From the NCBI RefSeq assembly GCF_048593235.1, contig NC_133619.1, positions 637,710,558 to 637,774,557 on the forward strand: a DNA stretch of 64,000 nucleotides, written 5' to 3'. The DNA is from Sminthopsis crassicaudata (Eukaryota). Under the pieces are notes generated by a model. The model had not been told where the DNA came from. It saw nothing but the letters and a program-made list of their open reading frames with translations, and did no database searches. A program made the position numbers and the translations under genes. Positions 38,181 through 51,434 of the stretch are shown piece after piece (positions within the stretch are counted from its first letter, which is position 1; each line of letters starts with the position of its first letter).

Positions 38181-38899
38181 GTCACTTAACCCCGATTGCC
38201 TCATAAGAAAAATCCGGGTGGTCCCATTGGGCAATTCCCGGCATCTCCTGGGACCTCAGTATCACCACAGTTGTAAAATGGGACTTAAAAAGGTAGAAAT
38301 TGGAGAGGCACCTGCCACCGGGAAATCTTGGTTCAAATCCTGCCTTTGTCATTGTCTACCGATTTCCCTTTGGAGAAATTATCCGATCTGGAAAATGGGG
38401 ATGATACACCAAGTCGTCGGAATGTGATGCAAAGGAAAATGGACCTGGAGTCTGCAGCCTTCGTGATGACTGCGGAACACTGCGTCACTTACCCGAGCAG
38501 ACAGACGGCCATTCCTCCTGTAACATGGAGATCATCCTTGAAGTATTTAGCTCACAAGATTGTTGTGAGAAACGTGTTCTGTCCAGGACATGGTTTTGCG
38601 AATGTGATTGGCGCTATCCTGCCCACCTCCTAAGGTTGCACATAGGGAAAGGGCCTTGACTTTTGCAGAATGTTTCCTAAATACGGTACTTTGTAAAGAG
38701 TAGATTGTGACACCTCTGTGAGGTATAATTCTGTCAATAGGATACAGATGTTATTTTTTAAGTGAATTTCCTTCCCCTTCTTTTCCATGATAATTTATTG
38801 TTATTTATAAAACTTTTACAACCGATGGTGTCTCTTAACTCACTCCTTGCAGACCCGCTCCGGGCCTACAGGATGGCAGCTCAAAGTCTTCAACACATT

Positions 38900-39330
38900 C
38901 TTAAAAATCTCAGGGTCCCATCAAAAATAGTGCAGGGCGATGAACCAAATCAGCTCCAATAGAGCAGTAATGAACCGAACCAGCGACATCCAGCGAAAGA
39001 ATTCTGGGAGACGACTATGAACCACTGCATAGAATTCCCAATCCCCCTATTTTTGTCCGCCTGCATTTTTTATTTCCTTCACAGGCTAAATGTACACTGT
39101 TTCAAAGTCGGATTCTTTTTGTACAGCAAAATAACTGTTTGGACATATATACATATATTGTATTTAATTTATACTTTAACATATTTAACATGTATTGGTC
39201 TACCTGCCATATGGGGGAGGGGGAGGGAGGAAGGAGGGGAAACGTTGAAACAAAAGGTTTGGCAAATGTCAATGCTGTAAAATTACCCATGCATATATCT
39301 GGTAAACAAAAACTTTAATTAAAAAACAAA
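38900..39330 (+). mobile_element. L1 3'UTR fragment (marsupial type)
   Basis: Characteristic end 'tatttaacatgtattggtctacctgccat..gggggaggg..gtaaaattacccatgcatatatctggtaaa..aattaaaaa', as in the other L1 ends in this window. Confidence 0.8.
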
Positions 39331-40854
39331 ACAAAACAAAACAGTGAAGTGCAATGTTTTGGAGTGGAGAGAGGGGGAGGAGCAGGACTGAGGTCCAGGT
39401 TTCATTCTGTAACCAAATCCTGAATCACTGGGTGATTGCACCTTCCCAAAAATTTCTCGTTTTTGTTTTCCTACAGAAAGTGTCTGTATGTTGGGTGTTG
39501 GGGGAGGGGTGGAGAAGGGAAAGGAGGTGGGAACGGGAGTGTCTGACATACTTGGGTTCCAGGAATGAGTCAGAGATATAGACATGGTGTGGGAACCTGA
39601 GTTCCCTGCTTTGGAGAGCTGCCACTCAGACTCAAACAATGGGTTAAAAAAAAAAAAAAATCTGAGGAGAATGTAAGAGGTCAATCACTGTAGCTCAGGG
39701 AAGGCTCCTATAAAGCACTGGTGGCTGTCTCACTGCAATGGAACTAGAGCATGGCAGCCATTCAAGATAAGGGTACTCATTAAGAAGTTAAGCATTACAT
39801 TGGGACCAGCCAAGGGAGGAAAGGAGTAACTGAGGAAGAAAGACTCCTCCCCTCCTTGGCTGTCTCCAGAGATCAGTTTAGGAGCCACCACCCATTTCCT
39901 CCTCTCCCCAGGCACTTCTGCTGCCTCCCTGCCCCCAAAGCATTTTGTACTTTCATCTGCAGGTTTGCTGATCCCTCCTTACTCATTTCCCAATTAGATC
40001 ATGTTACAGAATCACAGAACTTGAATTCAAAGACACCTCACTCACTATCTAGTCCAACCCATCAAAAAATAAATGAATAAAAAGCAATCCCTATTATAAT
40101 TTACCCAAGAAGTGGAAATCTGCCTGCTTGAAGACCTCTAAGGAGGAGGAACTCAAACCTTCCAAGCCATTCTATTCCTGATGGGGACAGCTCCAATTGT
40201 TAGGAAATTTTTTCTCATATGTTGGCTCCTTCACAACTTCCACCCATTTCTCTTGGCTCAGTTATTTGGGGTCTATTCCTTTCTTGACTTTAATCAATCA
40301 AAGAACATTTATTAAGTGCCTACTACATGCCTGGCATTGTGCTGAGCATTGGGATACAAAAAGAGGCAAAAGATAGTTCCTACCTTTACCCGATGAACTG
40401 GGGGAAGACAGCATGGAGACAAATATAGACAAGTCACATACAGGATAAATATGAATTAATAATAAATTAATTTATTGATTTGGAGAATTAATATTCCCTA
40501 TTATTAATTAATAGTATATTAATTAAGGGAATTATTAATAAATTCCATAATTAAGTATGATAAATTAATAAAGGGAAATCACTAGAAATAAAAGACATTA
40601 GAAAGGAGAAAGGGAGGAAAGAAAAAGAGACAGAGAGATAGAAAGAAAAAAAATTTATCTGGGATCTACAGGAAGCTTAGGAGAGCAGAGAAAGAAAGGC
40701 GTTCCAGGTATAGAGGACAGCCAGCCAGAGAAAATGCCCACAGTGAAAAGATCCAGTGTCTTATTCATGGAGCAGCCAAGAAGTCAGGGTTACTGGATCA
40801 GAGTCTCATGTGACAGTCCTTCAAATACTTAAAAGGGGGCTATTAGACTTCCAA

Positions 40855-43150
40855 TCAAAGCCAAGATGGCTGCCTTAATGGAAGCAGACCATCCAGCTCC
40901 CCATCCCTACTCTAGCAAAAATCTGGAATTCTCACAAAGCCAAATAATGATTCAGAAATCCAAGAAACTAGCTAGCAGGCCACAGGAAATAGGAAAACAG
41001 CCACTGCAGGTAAAGAAGACTGGAATATCCCAGCATGAGAGAGAAGGGTAAGAAACAATTATAATCTGGAGAATTCTATATCTGGAGTAGAAGGATAGCT
41101 TTGAAAAAATCCCAGGTAAAATATAACCCCTCAAAAGATCTCTGGAAGCTCTTGGAAAGCAATAGCTATTAGCTACAATAAGGTAGGCCCACATGAATAC
41201 AGCCAAGATCATGTACCCTAAGGCTTCAAAGTCCTGAAATGGATGCAGTGCTCTAAATCTCAAAGATCTAGGAGGACCTAATCCCAGAAGAAACAGGTCA
41301 GCTTTGAAACTCATGGAATACTGTGAGATCAAGCAGAACTATCACAGTAAGAGTTAAAATCTGACCATTGAAAATTTCAGGAACTAGACTTGGAGAGATG
41401 AGTAGATCCCAGAAGATGCCATCCAGATTTGAAAATGATTCTAAATCTAGAGAGTCCCCCCCAAAAGAAGAAAATAACTCCATAACAACTGCAAGCAGAA
41501 ACTCTTAAAGTTAGAAGTGGCAGGGTGGGGGGAAGTAAATGAAGATTTTCTCACAAGCACTATATGGTTTACAAGAAATAAAGAGGTTAAAAAATTTTAA
41601 GAGTTCTACATGAAAGAGTCAAAAGAAGAATAAATTTAGAAGAGAAAGGGGTAAACCTTATTTAGTAATGGACTATTTGAAAACTAAAAGAGTTGAAACA
41701 GAAATCAATGACTCCATGAGACAGTAAAAAGTATTAGAATAAACCAAAAGACTGAAAAATGAGGGGGGGGGGAGAGATATCTGATTAAGGATAACCAGAC
41801 TCTGAAAACCCTGATTTAAAAAAAATACTATATTTTGAGAAATCATAAAAAACAAAAATTGCCCAGATTTAATAGAACCAGAGGATGAAGGAAGAAATAA
41901 TCTAGTGATCACTCCAAATGGAGAAGTCCCAGGAGTATCACATTAAAAAATCCAGAGTTTCAATATCAAAGAAAAAGTGTTGTAAGTAGCAAGAAAGAGC
42001 TAGTTCATGTACCAAGATAGAATCCTACAAGACCTGGCAGTTTGTACTATAAACTAGAGACCTTAAAATCCAATATTACAAAAGGTTATCTATACACTTA
42101 TGACAAATAATCATTTACCCTACAATGTTGAGTATTATCCTATAGGATAAAAAAAAATGAACTTTAATGGAAAAGGGAACTATAAAACATTTCTAACAAC
42201 AAGATCAGAACTGAATAGGAACTTTGAAGTGCAAGCACAAGAGTCAAAAGAAATCTTAAAAATTAAATGTATTTGGGCAGCTAGGTGGTACAGTGGATAG
42301 AGCACCGGCCCTGAATTCAGGAGGACCCGAGCTCAAATCTGGTCTCAGACACTTAACACTTCCTAGCTGTGTGACCCTGAGCAAGTCACTTAACCCCAGC
42401 CTCAGGAAAAAAAAATTAAATGTATTTGAGGAATTGGAATTAGTTGTGTGATGATGTAGTGCTAACATTCTAAATGGGAGAAAAGAAACCGATGACTCTT
42501 CAGTACTTTAATATCTTCAAAGGACTCTGAGGGAGTTAAATAGAAAAAACAGAGTTCTTGGGAGTTCATTGGTTCTGTTTTAAGGATTTTAAAAGGGAGA
42601 AAAGAAAAGGAAAAAGGAATATCAAGAAAGGAGCAATCAAGGGATGGAGCTTACTATTTTTCATAATTAAGAGATAGAGAATATACAAACATGGAGAAAT
42701 GAGTATGACATTAGGTGAACCTTATTTTTATCTGATACAGGAAAAGCCAAATAGACACAAGTAGTTCTCAATAGTGTCTGTAGTGTCTCAATAAGGAGAC
42801 AAGTGGGGAGAGAATAAGGATGAAAGCATGGCATTAAAAAAGAGGATAATATCAGGCAGGGAATAGTACCAAGGAAAACAAACTCCCCTATCATGAAGGA
42901 TAAAAGTAAAAGCAGGAGACAGAAGGAGAAGAGGTGATCATCAATTAGAAAATGGATGAATAAAATTATGGTATATGTATGTAGTGGAACATTATTGTAC
43001 TGTAAGAAATGATGAGAGACAGTTTTGCAGAAAATCCTGGGCAGAATGAGTTGATACAGAGTGAAGTGAGTGGAAACAGAAGTACAGTACTTACAAGAAC
43101 AACAAGATTGTAAAGACAAACCACTTAGGTTTCTTAGGTTTCTTGGATTC
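40855..43150 (+). mobile_element. Old L1-derived element with 5' end, ORF1 remnant and 3' end but no ORF2 (HAL1-like or deleted L1)
   Basis: Starts 'gccaagatggctgcc'; ORF1-like decayed text at ~41700-42200 ('..tcatttaccctacaatgttgagtattatc', RITYPAKLS-like); L1 3'-type text from ~42950 ('tggatgaataaaattatggtatatg..ggaacattattgtactgtaagaaatgatgag'). Confidence 0.55.
42275..42411 (+). mobile_element. Full-length WSINE1-like SINE with a perfect 16-bp TSD
   Basis: Flanked by aaaattaaatgtattt at 42259-42274 and 42412-42427; A/B-box-like head and A tail. Confidence 0.9.
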
Positions 43151-43313
43151 CGAAGACCTAAAAACCATGATCAGTGTCTTCAGAGAACATGCAATCAAGC
43201 ATGCTTTCCACCTCTTGACTAAGTAGTGCTTCTGTTCTTGGACAGTCTACCAGCACCATGTCAGGAAACGGAATCACTTCCATTTGAAATGTCTTTGTAT
43301 GTGTGTGTGCAAA

Positions 43314-43317
<4 letters not shown>

Positions 43318-43374
<57 letters not shown>
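43318..43374. repeat. (TA)n microsatellite
   Basis: About 28 TA units. Confidence 0.95.
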
Positions 43375-43376
<2 letters not shown>

Positions 43377-43399
43377 TAATAAAAAGCTGCTAGAAATAT

Positions 43400-44500
43400 T
43401 TGGGTAAACATGAGTCTTTTTCCTTTTCCCCCCCACCTCTTTGGGTTATAGGCCTAGAAGTGGTATTGCCAAGTTTAAAGACTATTTAAATGACTTGGGG
43501 GAATCATCCCAATTTCCTTGTCAGAATAGTTGGCCCAGTTCACAGCTCAACCAATAGTGCACCAGTGTGCTTGTTTTCTTGCAGCCTCTCCAACAATTGT
43601 CTAATCTCTTTTTAGCACTAGATTTGGTTGCTATGCTTTTTTAAAAATTGCCCCTGTATACCTGCACCAACCCCTCCCAGAGAACCATTTCTTAAAGATA
43701 AAAAAAAAAAATGAAAAAGAGGAAGAAGAAGGAAAGCCAGTATATTTGAACAAATCTGAAAATATATGTAATGTTTCACATCTCTGGACTTCCCACCATG
43801 GAGTGACAGGGTGAGGTGGAATGAAGCCTTTTGTCATATATCTCTTTTGGGGTCAAGTTCCTTAAAAAATTTAAATAATATCATTATTTATAATATTTAT
43901 TATTAATAATGTTTTTACGTTATTATTTTAATACATTTTTATATTAGTTTTTTATTGTTTCCTAAGTGGTGTTCTTTCATGTATGTTATCAGAGTTATGC
44001 GTATTGTCTTCCTTCAAATGATTTATTTTGAATCAGTTCATATAAATCTTCCTGTGCTTTTCATATTTATGAATGCTTATCATTCAGTAATAACTCATGA
44101 TATTTATATACCACAATTTGTTTAGCCATTTTCCTGTCAATGAGCATCTTCTTTGTTTCATGATTTTTGTGACCACAAAAAATACATCTGTAAATATGCT
44201 GTAAATATAGATATATAAATATGTGTATATAGAATCTTTCTTTTTAATAATTTCCTTGAGGATACGGACATTTTCATCACTTTATTTGTATAATTTCAAA
44301 TTGCTCTCAGTATAGTTGTGTTGATTCATAGCTCCACCAACAATGCATTAGAACACTTATCTTTTCACAACATCTCAATTATTACCTATTCCCATTTTTG
44401 TCGTTTTTCCCGTTAGGGTTAGTTGGGATGAAGTGAAACTTGAGAATGGTTGTATTTCTCTATTATTAGTGACTTGAAACAATCTTTCCTAGGTTAATAG
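43400..44500 (-). mobile_element. Old L1 3' fragments
   Basis: Reverse-strand L1 ORF2-end/3'UTR motifs such as 'tataccacaatttgtttagccattttcc' and 'cagttcacagctcaaccaatagtgcaccagtgtgc'. Confidence 0.55.
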
Positions 44501-45579
44501 TTTGCTCTCTTTTTGAGAAGTCTATTTTCCTTTGATAACTTTTTATTTTGTAACAGCTTTGGGAGCTTATCTATTTATGCTAGTTGGTTAGAAATCTCTC
44601 TTTGATACAAAATCCTTATCAGTATAATTTGATACAATTTAGTTATTCTCCATTCAATGAGCATTTACTTTGTTTCCAGTTAGTTACTACCACACACACA
44701 AAAGTGTTACTATAAATATTTTGCTATCTCTAGTCTTTCTTTTTGTCAATATTACCTTGGAGCATCTGCCCATCATTGGAGTCTCTGGGTTTCTCCACTC
44801 ATAAAGCCACTGCCTTGGGTCAGGTCCTTAACATCCCATCTTTGGAAGATTGCCTTCTGATTGAGCTTCCTATCTCAGGTCTCTCCCCACTCCAAATAAT
44901 CATCCACTTGGATGTCAAAGAGATTTTCCTAAATATTCTAGACACTTGTTCAGTTTCTGAAGTCATATTTGAACTCAGGTCCCCCTGACTCCAGGGCTGT
45001 CCCTCATCTAGGAGCTGTCTACAAGCTCAATTATCCCCTATACCTTTTCAAACTCTCAAAAGAAAACTCCCTTCCCTAATCACCTCATACATACACACAC
45101 ACACACAAACACACAGACATATTTGTATGTGGGTGTACAAATCTGTATATGTGTAAGTATACATACATGCGCATATAGTCATTGCTTTCTTAAAAAGTAA
45201 ATTCTTTATTGCACATGTTTAACATATATTGGATTACTTGCTATCTAGGGGAGGAGGTGGGGGAAAGGAGGGAGAAAAATTTTGGAACACAAGGCTTTGC
45301 AAGGGTGAATGTTAAAAATATTTTGCATACATTTTGAAAACAAAAAGCTATTATTTAAAATTTTTTTAAAAAGGAAAAAAGTGAATTATTTGAAATGTCT
45401 CTTTTTTTTCATCTTTGGTTCCTCTGGCTTATTATAGTCCATGGCATTTAGGTAAGTTCTTAACAAATACATACTTTCCCATTCATTATTAACTCCAAAC
45501 TTCCAAATTAAAACAAGATATGTCCTGAAACTCAGTGACTTCAAAGCAAAAGTGAGAGTGGAAAAATATTATTATTAAT

Positions 45580-47150
45580 TAAAGCTTTTTATTTTTCAAA
45601 ACAGCAGCCAATTCTTCAACATTAGCCCTTGCAAAACCCTGTCTTTTAATCCCCCCCTGCCCCCATGCCCTCCCCAGATGGCAAGTAGTCCAATATATGT
45701 TAAACATGGTAGAAATATGTTAAATCTAATATATGTATATATGTTTATACAATTGTGCTGCACAAGAAGAGAGAAGCAAAATAAAATGCAAGCAAACAAC
45801 AATAACAAAGAGTGAAAACGTTATGTTGTGAACCACACTTAGTTCCCACAGTCCTCTCTCTGGGTGTAGATGGCTCTCTTCATCACTGAACAATTGAAAT
45901 TGGTTTGAATCATCTCATAGTTGAAGAGAGCCATGTCCATCAGTCTGGATCATCTTATAATCTTTTTGTTGCCATGTATAATGATTTCCGGGTTCTGCTC
46001 ATTTCACTTAGCATCTGTTCGTGTAAGTCTCTCCAAGCCTCTCTAAAATCATCCTATTGGTCATTTCTTACAGAACAAATACATTCCATAACATTCACAT
46101 ACCATAACTTATTCAGTCATTTTCCAATTGGTGGACATTCATTCAGCTACAAAAAAGAGCTGCCACAAATATTTTTGCATATATGGGTCCCTTTTTTTCC
46201 TTTAAGATCTCTCTGTCAAATAAGTCCAGTAGAAACTGGGTCAAAGGATATGCACAATTTGATAGCCCTTTGGTCATAGTTCCTAATTGCTTTTCAAAAT
46301 GGCTGTATCAGTTCACAACCCACTAACAATGTATTAGTGTCCCAGTTTTCTCAGTTCAATATCCTCTCCAAACATTCATCATTATCTTTTCCTGTCATCT
46401 TAGCCAATCTGACAGGTGTGTAGTGGTATTCAGCGTTGTCTTAATCTGCATTTCTCTGATCAATAGTGATTTAGAGCACTTTTTCATGACTGGAAATGGT
46501 TTTAATTTCTTTATCTAAAAATTGTTCATATCCTTTGACCATTTATCAATGAAGAATGGCTTGAATTCTTATAAATTTGAGTCCATTCTCTATATATTTT
46601 AGAAATGAGGGCTTTATCAAAACTTTTGAATGTAAAAACGTTTTTCCAATTTATTGCTTCCCTTCTAATTTTGTTTCTATTAATTTTGTACAAAACTTTT
46701 TAACTTAATATAATCAAAATTATCTATTTTGTGTTCAATAATGAACTCCAGTTCTTTGGTAACAAATTCTTTTCTCCTCCACAGATCTGAGAGGTAAAAC
46801 TATCCTATGTTCTTCTAACTTGTTTATATCATTCTTTATGTCTAGATCATGAACCCATTTCAAACTTATCTTGGTTTACAGTGTTAGGTGTAGGTCAATG
46901 CCTACTTTCTGCCATACTAGTTTCCAATTTTCCCAGCAGTTTTTGTTAAGCAGTGAGTTCTTATCCCAAAAGCTGGGGTCTTTGGGTTTGTCAAATACTA
47001 GATTATTAAAGTTATTGACTATTTTGTCCTGCGAACCTAACCTATTCCACCGATCAACTAGTCTATTTCTTAGCCAATACCAAATGGTTTTGGTGACTGC
47101 TGCTTTATAATATAGTTCTAGATTAGGTACAGCTAGGCCACCTTCTTTTG
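45580..47150 (-). mobile_element. L1 3' fragment (ORF2 C-terminal remnant plus 3'UTR)
   Basis: Minus ORF 46876-47208 reads GGLAVPNLELYYKAAVTKTIWYWLRNRLVDRWN (L1 ORF2); T-rich 3' end at ~45585. Confidence 0.9.
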
Positions 47151-47659
47151 TAATGAAGGGCAAAAATATTGAGAAATGTGGTTCAGGATAAAGAATGACA
47201 TAGTCCAAAAACTAATAGAAGAAGTCTCACACTCAATGAATACTATTTTAGAGGAAAGACCTAGAAGACACTGGTTATGGGAAGCCGTAAACAACATTTT
47301 TTCCTCAACAAATTTTAAAGGGTATTAATAGATCATTTTCAAAGTGAAGAATGCAAGCTATAAATGATCCTATGAAAAAGTCCATAATAAGTTGTTGTTC
47401 AGGGGTTTCACTAATGTACCCTTCCCCATGACCTCATTTGGGGTTTTCTTGGGATTTGACATTTCCTTCTCTAAATCATTTTACAGAAATGAGGAAACTG
47501 AAGCAAAGTGCCCAGTATCATACAGCTAATAAGTTTCTAAGACTAGATTGGAACTCAGGGCTTCCTGATGACTAATAATTAGAAAAAATGCTAATTACAA
47601 CTCTGAGGATAATCTCACAGTTATCAGATTGATTTTCTTAGTTTTTTTTTTTTTTTTTA

Positions 47660-48660
47660 AGGAAAGTGATAATTAGGAAAAGATAATTATAAATGTTGGA
47701 GGGAATGTGGGAAAACTGGGACACTAATACATTGTTGGTGACATCGTGAACTGATACAGCCATTTTGAAAAGCAATTTGGAACTATGCCCAAAGGGTTAT
47801 CAAATTGTACATACCCTTTGATCCAACAGTCTTTATATTAGGTCTATATCCCAAAGAAATCATAAAAGAGGGGAAAGGACCCACATGCGAAGATGTCTGT
47901 AGCAGCTTTTTTTATATAGTGGCAAGGAACTAGAAATTGAGGGGATACCCATCACTTGGGGAATGGCTGAATAAGTTATGGTATGTGTTTGTTAGGGAAT
48001 ATTATTGTTCTTTTTTCTTTTCCTGAGGCAATTGGGGCTAAATGACTTGCCCAAGGTCATATAGCTAGGAAGTGTTAAATCTCTGAGGTCTGATTTGAAC
48101 TCAGGTCCTCCCGACTTCAAGGCTGGTGCTCTATCCACTACACCACCTAGCTGCATTTCACAAGAAATGATCAGCAGGATGATTTCAGAAAGACATGAAG
48201 TGACTTACATGAACTGATGCTAAGTAAAATGAGTAGAACCAGGAGAGCATTGTACACTGTGGCAACAAGGTTATGTTATGATAAACTCTAAGGGACTTGG
48301 TTCTTTTCAACAGTGAGGTGATTCAGGCCAGTTTCAATAGACGTGATAGATAGAGCCATCTGCACCCAGAGAAAGGACTGTGGGAACTGAGTGTGGATCA
48401 TAACATAGTACTTTCACTCTTTTCATGGTTGTTTGTTTACCTTTTTTTTTTTCTTTCTTTCTCATTTTTGTCCCCTTTTGATTTGATTTTTTCTTGCACA
48501 GCATAATTGTGGAAATATGTATGGAAGAATTACATTATGTTTAACATACATTGGCTTACTACCTGTCTAGGGAAAGGAAACAGAAAAATTTGGAACGTGG
48601 GGTTTTTCAAGAGTAATTGTTGAAAACTATCTTTGCATGCATTTTGAAAATTTAAAAAGT
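47660..48660 (+). mobile_element. L1 3' fragment interrupted by a minus-strand SINE (48011-48154)
   Basis: 'aaatgttggagggaatgtgggaaaactgggacactaatacattgttggtg..' through the 3'UTR; SINE reverse complement inserted after 'gaatattattgttc'. Confidence 0.85.
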
Positions 48661-48929
48661 GATTATTTTTAAAGGGAAATGATAATTGTTGGATAAAATA
48701 GAATTTTTTCATATATTTGTGCTGAAAATATCCAACTTCCCCTCTGTCTTTTCATCCCGAAACATCTTCTGTTACACTGCCCCCCTTCTCCCATTCTCCC
48801 TCTGCCTCACCCCATCCTCTTTTTTAAGGAGAGACCCACCTTCTGATTTTCTAGTCTTCCACACTAAAACAAGAAACAAATCATTCCTGAATTGGCTCTC
48901 CATGAGATTAAAATAAGCACAGAGGTAAA

Positions 48930-49370
48930 TTTCAGAAATACCTGGAAAGACTAATATGAACTGATGCTAAGTGAAGTGAGCAGAACCAGGAGAACATCTT
49001 ACACAATAATAGCAACATCAGATGATGATCAAATATAATTGACTTAGCTCTTCTCAGTAATAAAATGATCTAAGACAATTCTAAAAGACTCATGATAGAA
49101 AATGCTGTCCGTATTCAGAACTATGGAGTCTGAATGCAGATCCAAGCATATTATTTTCACTTTGTTGTTGTTTTTTTCTTTCTCATAATTTTTCCTTTTT
49201 GTTCTGAGCCTTCTTTCACAACATGACTAATATGGAAATAGGTAATATGAATGTACATGTATAACCTAAGTCAGATTGCTTGCCATCTTAGGAAAGGGAA
49301 ATGAGAGTGAAGAGAAAAGTGGAAATTGAAATACTATAAAAATAAATGTTGAAAACTTTAAAATAAATAA
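48930..49370 (+). mobile_element. L1 3'UTR fragment
   Basis: 'gaactgatgctaagtgaagtgagcagaaccaggagaacat..' ending in an (AAAT)n tail at ~49350-49375. Confidence 0.75.
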
Positions 49371-50249
49371 ATAAAATTAGCCTAGAAGAGGTGAGTAGAT
49401 CAAGGAAGCCCTTAATCAGTTTGAAAAGTTCCCTAATTAACTTGAAGCAGATCGTCTATTCTCCTAGCTTATGAAAATCCCTCCTATTCTAGGCTTTCTA
49501 GATTCTTTCATTTTTTTATGTGTACCTTGTTCCAGATGAAAAGGGATTTTGAATGAAAAGAATGAGCGAAAATGCACTTTGTTATTCAATCATATCCAAT
49601 ACTTTGAAATTTCATTTGTGGCTTTTTGGGGCAGAGATACTGGAGCAGTTTGCCATCCTTTCTCCTGTTCATTTTATAGATGAAGACTCTGAGATAAGGG
49701 ACTTGCCCAGATCTGAGTTAGAAAGTTTCTGAGGTCAGATTTGAACTTAGGAAAATAAGTCTTCCTGATTCTAGACCTGGCACACTACCTACTTTGGGCA
49801 ACCATCTTGATGCCCAAAAAAGATACTGTGCCAGACAACTTTGTACTCACTCTTAGTCAATAAACATTTATTAAGATCCTACTATATATCTAGAGAAAAG
49901 TAAAAGTTCCTATTTACTGTGTAATGGAAGAGATGCAAGTTACTGCAAATCTAAAAACCAAGCTGTATTCAGGATGAATTGGAAACAATCAGCAGAACAT
50001 GCTTAACCTATATTGATTTACTTACTGGCTTGGGGGAGGGGGGAGGGAAAAAGACATGGAACACAAGGTTTTACAGAGGTGAATTTCAAAAACTATCTTT
50101 CCATGTATTTGGAAAAATAAAATATTTTGAAAAAAAATCATCAGAATGAAGGCACCAAAATTAAATAGAATTGGGAAAGGCTCGTTGTAGTAGAATTATA
50201 TCTGGCTTTTGAAGAAAGAAGGGAGGCCAGAAGGTGTAGATGAGGCAAA

Positions 50250-50860
50250 GAAAACTGAGAAGGGTACTATCCCTGAGCCCCAGTCTCTTGTATAGAAGAT
50301 TCTTTAGGGATAAGGTCCAACAAGTCATGAAAGTAAAGAATCTTCTGGAATGAATTCACGGGCTCAAACTATCTCCAGATCAGGGGTCTATATGGAATAA
50401 ACTAAGTGAAGATTCTCTCATAAGAATGTGGCTTCAATCTATCCCCTAATTATAATTTGAGACTTTGCAATAAGTTAAGCTACAGTTAACAAGCTGCAGC
50501 TGTTCAATTGTCTGGAGTGAACATTCCCCTCCTGTTTCCCATCACCTCTTAATTAGCATTGAAGTACTTCTTTTAAAGGCAATTTATTCTTTTGTTTCTG
50601 AGATAGATTTCCATGTTTAGAGAATATGCCTGGACACTCCCAGATAATGAGAGAAAAGATCCAGAGGGGGCCTTCTGTTCTATTTAATCTTGTATTTTGC
50701 AGTTTGGGCTTTGCACTTCTTTAATTGACATCTTGTCAGTTAGGAGTTGCCCTTTCTCGCCAGATCTTAATAAATCCTTTTTTGCTTTTTCTTACTCTGA
50801 GAGTCTCTATTGTTTTCATGGCCACTACGTTACGGCACAGGGCACAGCTTTATTGTGTCT
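50250..50860 (+). mobile_element. Probable solo LTR (family unknown)
   Basis: Non-L1 block with AATAAA (~50769) followed by a short U5-like segment; LTR-like layout only. Confidence 0.35.
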
Positions 50861-51159
50861 AATTGTATAAGATAACTATCAGCATCAGTATAGGATGGCT
50901 CTGTCTGTATAGGATAACTCCATAGGGTCAACTTACTACTCACTAGGACTTACTTAGATACTGAGTTGCTACCAGAGACATGATCTTTTGCTGGAGTCCC
51001 TTCGTGACATAACTAGAATCTAGACAGACTATAGTGTTTCTCTCTCTCCCCTCTCTCTATGTCTCTGTCTCTCTTTGTTGCTGTCTCTCTCTGTCTTTCT
51101 CTCCCTCCCTCTCTCTGTCTCTCACATTCGCTCTCTTCCTTCTCTCCCTCTCTCTGTCT

Positions 51160-51299
51160 NNNNNNNNNNNNNNNNNNNNNNNNNNNNNNNNNNNNNNNNN
51201 NNNNNNNNNNNNNNNNNNNNNNNNNNNNNNNNNNNNNNNNNNNNNNNNNNNNNNNNNNNNNNNNNNNNNNNNNNNNNNNNNNNNNNNNNNNNNNNNNNN
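51160..51299. other. Assembly gap (140 N) next to a (CT)-rich repeat
   Basis: Run of N after a CT/TG low-complexity tract at 51036-51159. Confidence 1.
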
Positions 51300-51434
51300 T
51301 GAATTATAAAGAGAAGATTATCTGTGTAGCGCCAACTTGGAGAGTTGTCTGTGAGTACTTCTAAGTTAAGAGTTCTCCTGTTGGAGTATTTGAGCATCGG
51401 ACATAAAGAGATTTCTTGATTCAATGTCCTCCCT

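Noticed and set aside
38790-38812. ATTTA motifs as IFNL4 3'UTR AU-rich elements
   Set aside because: About 1.1 kb past the stop, beyond SINEs, with no canonical polyA signal to show they are in the mRNA.
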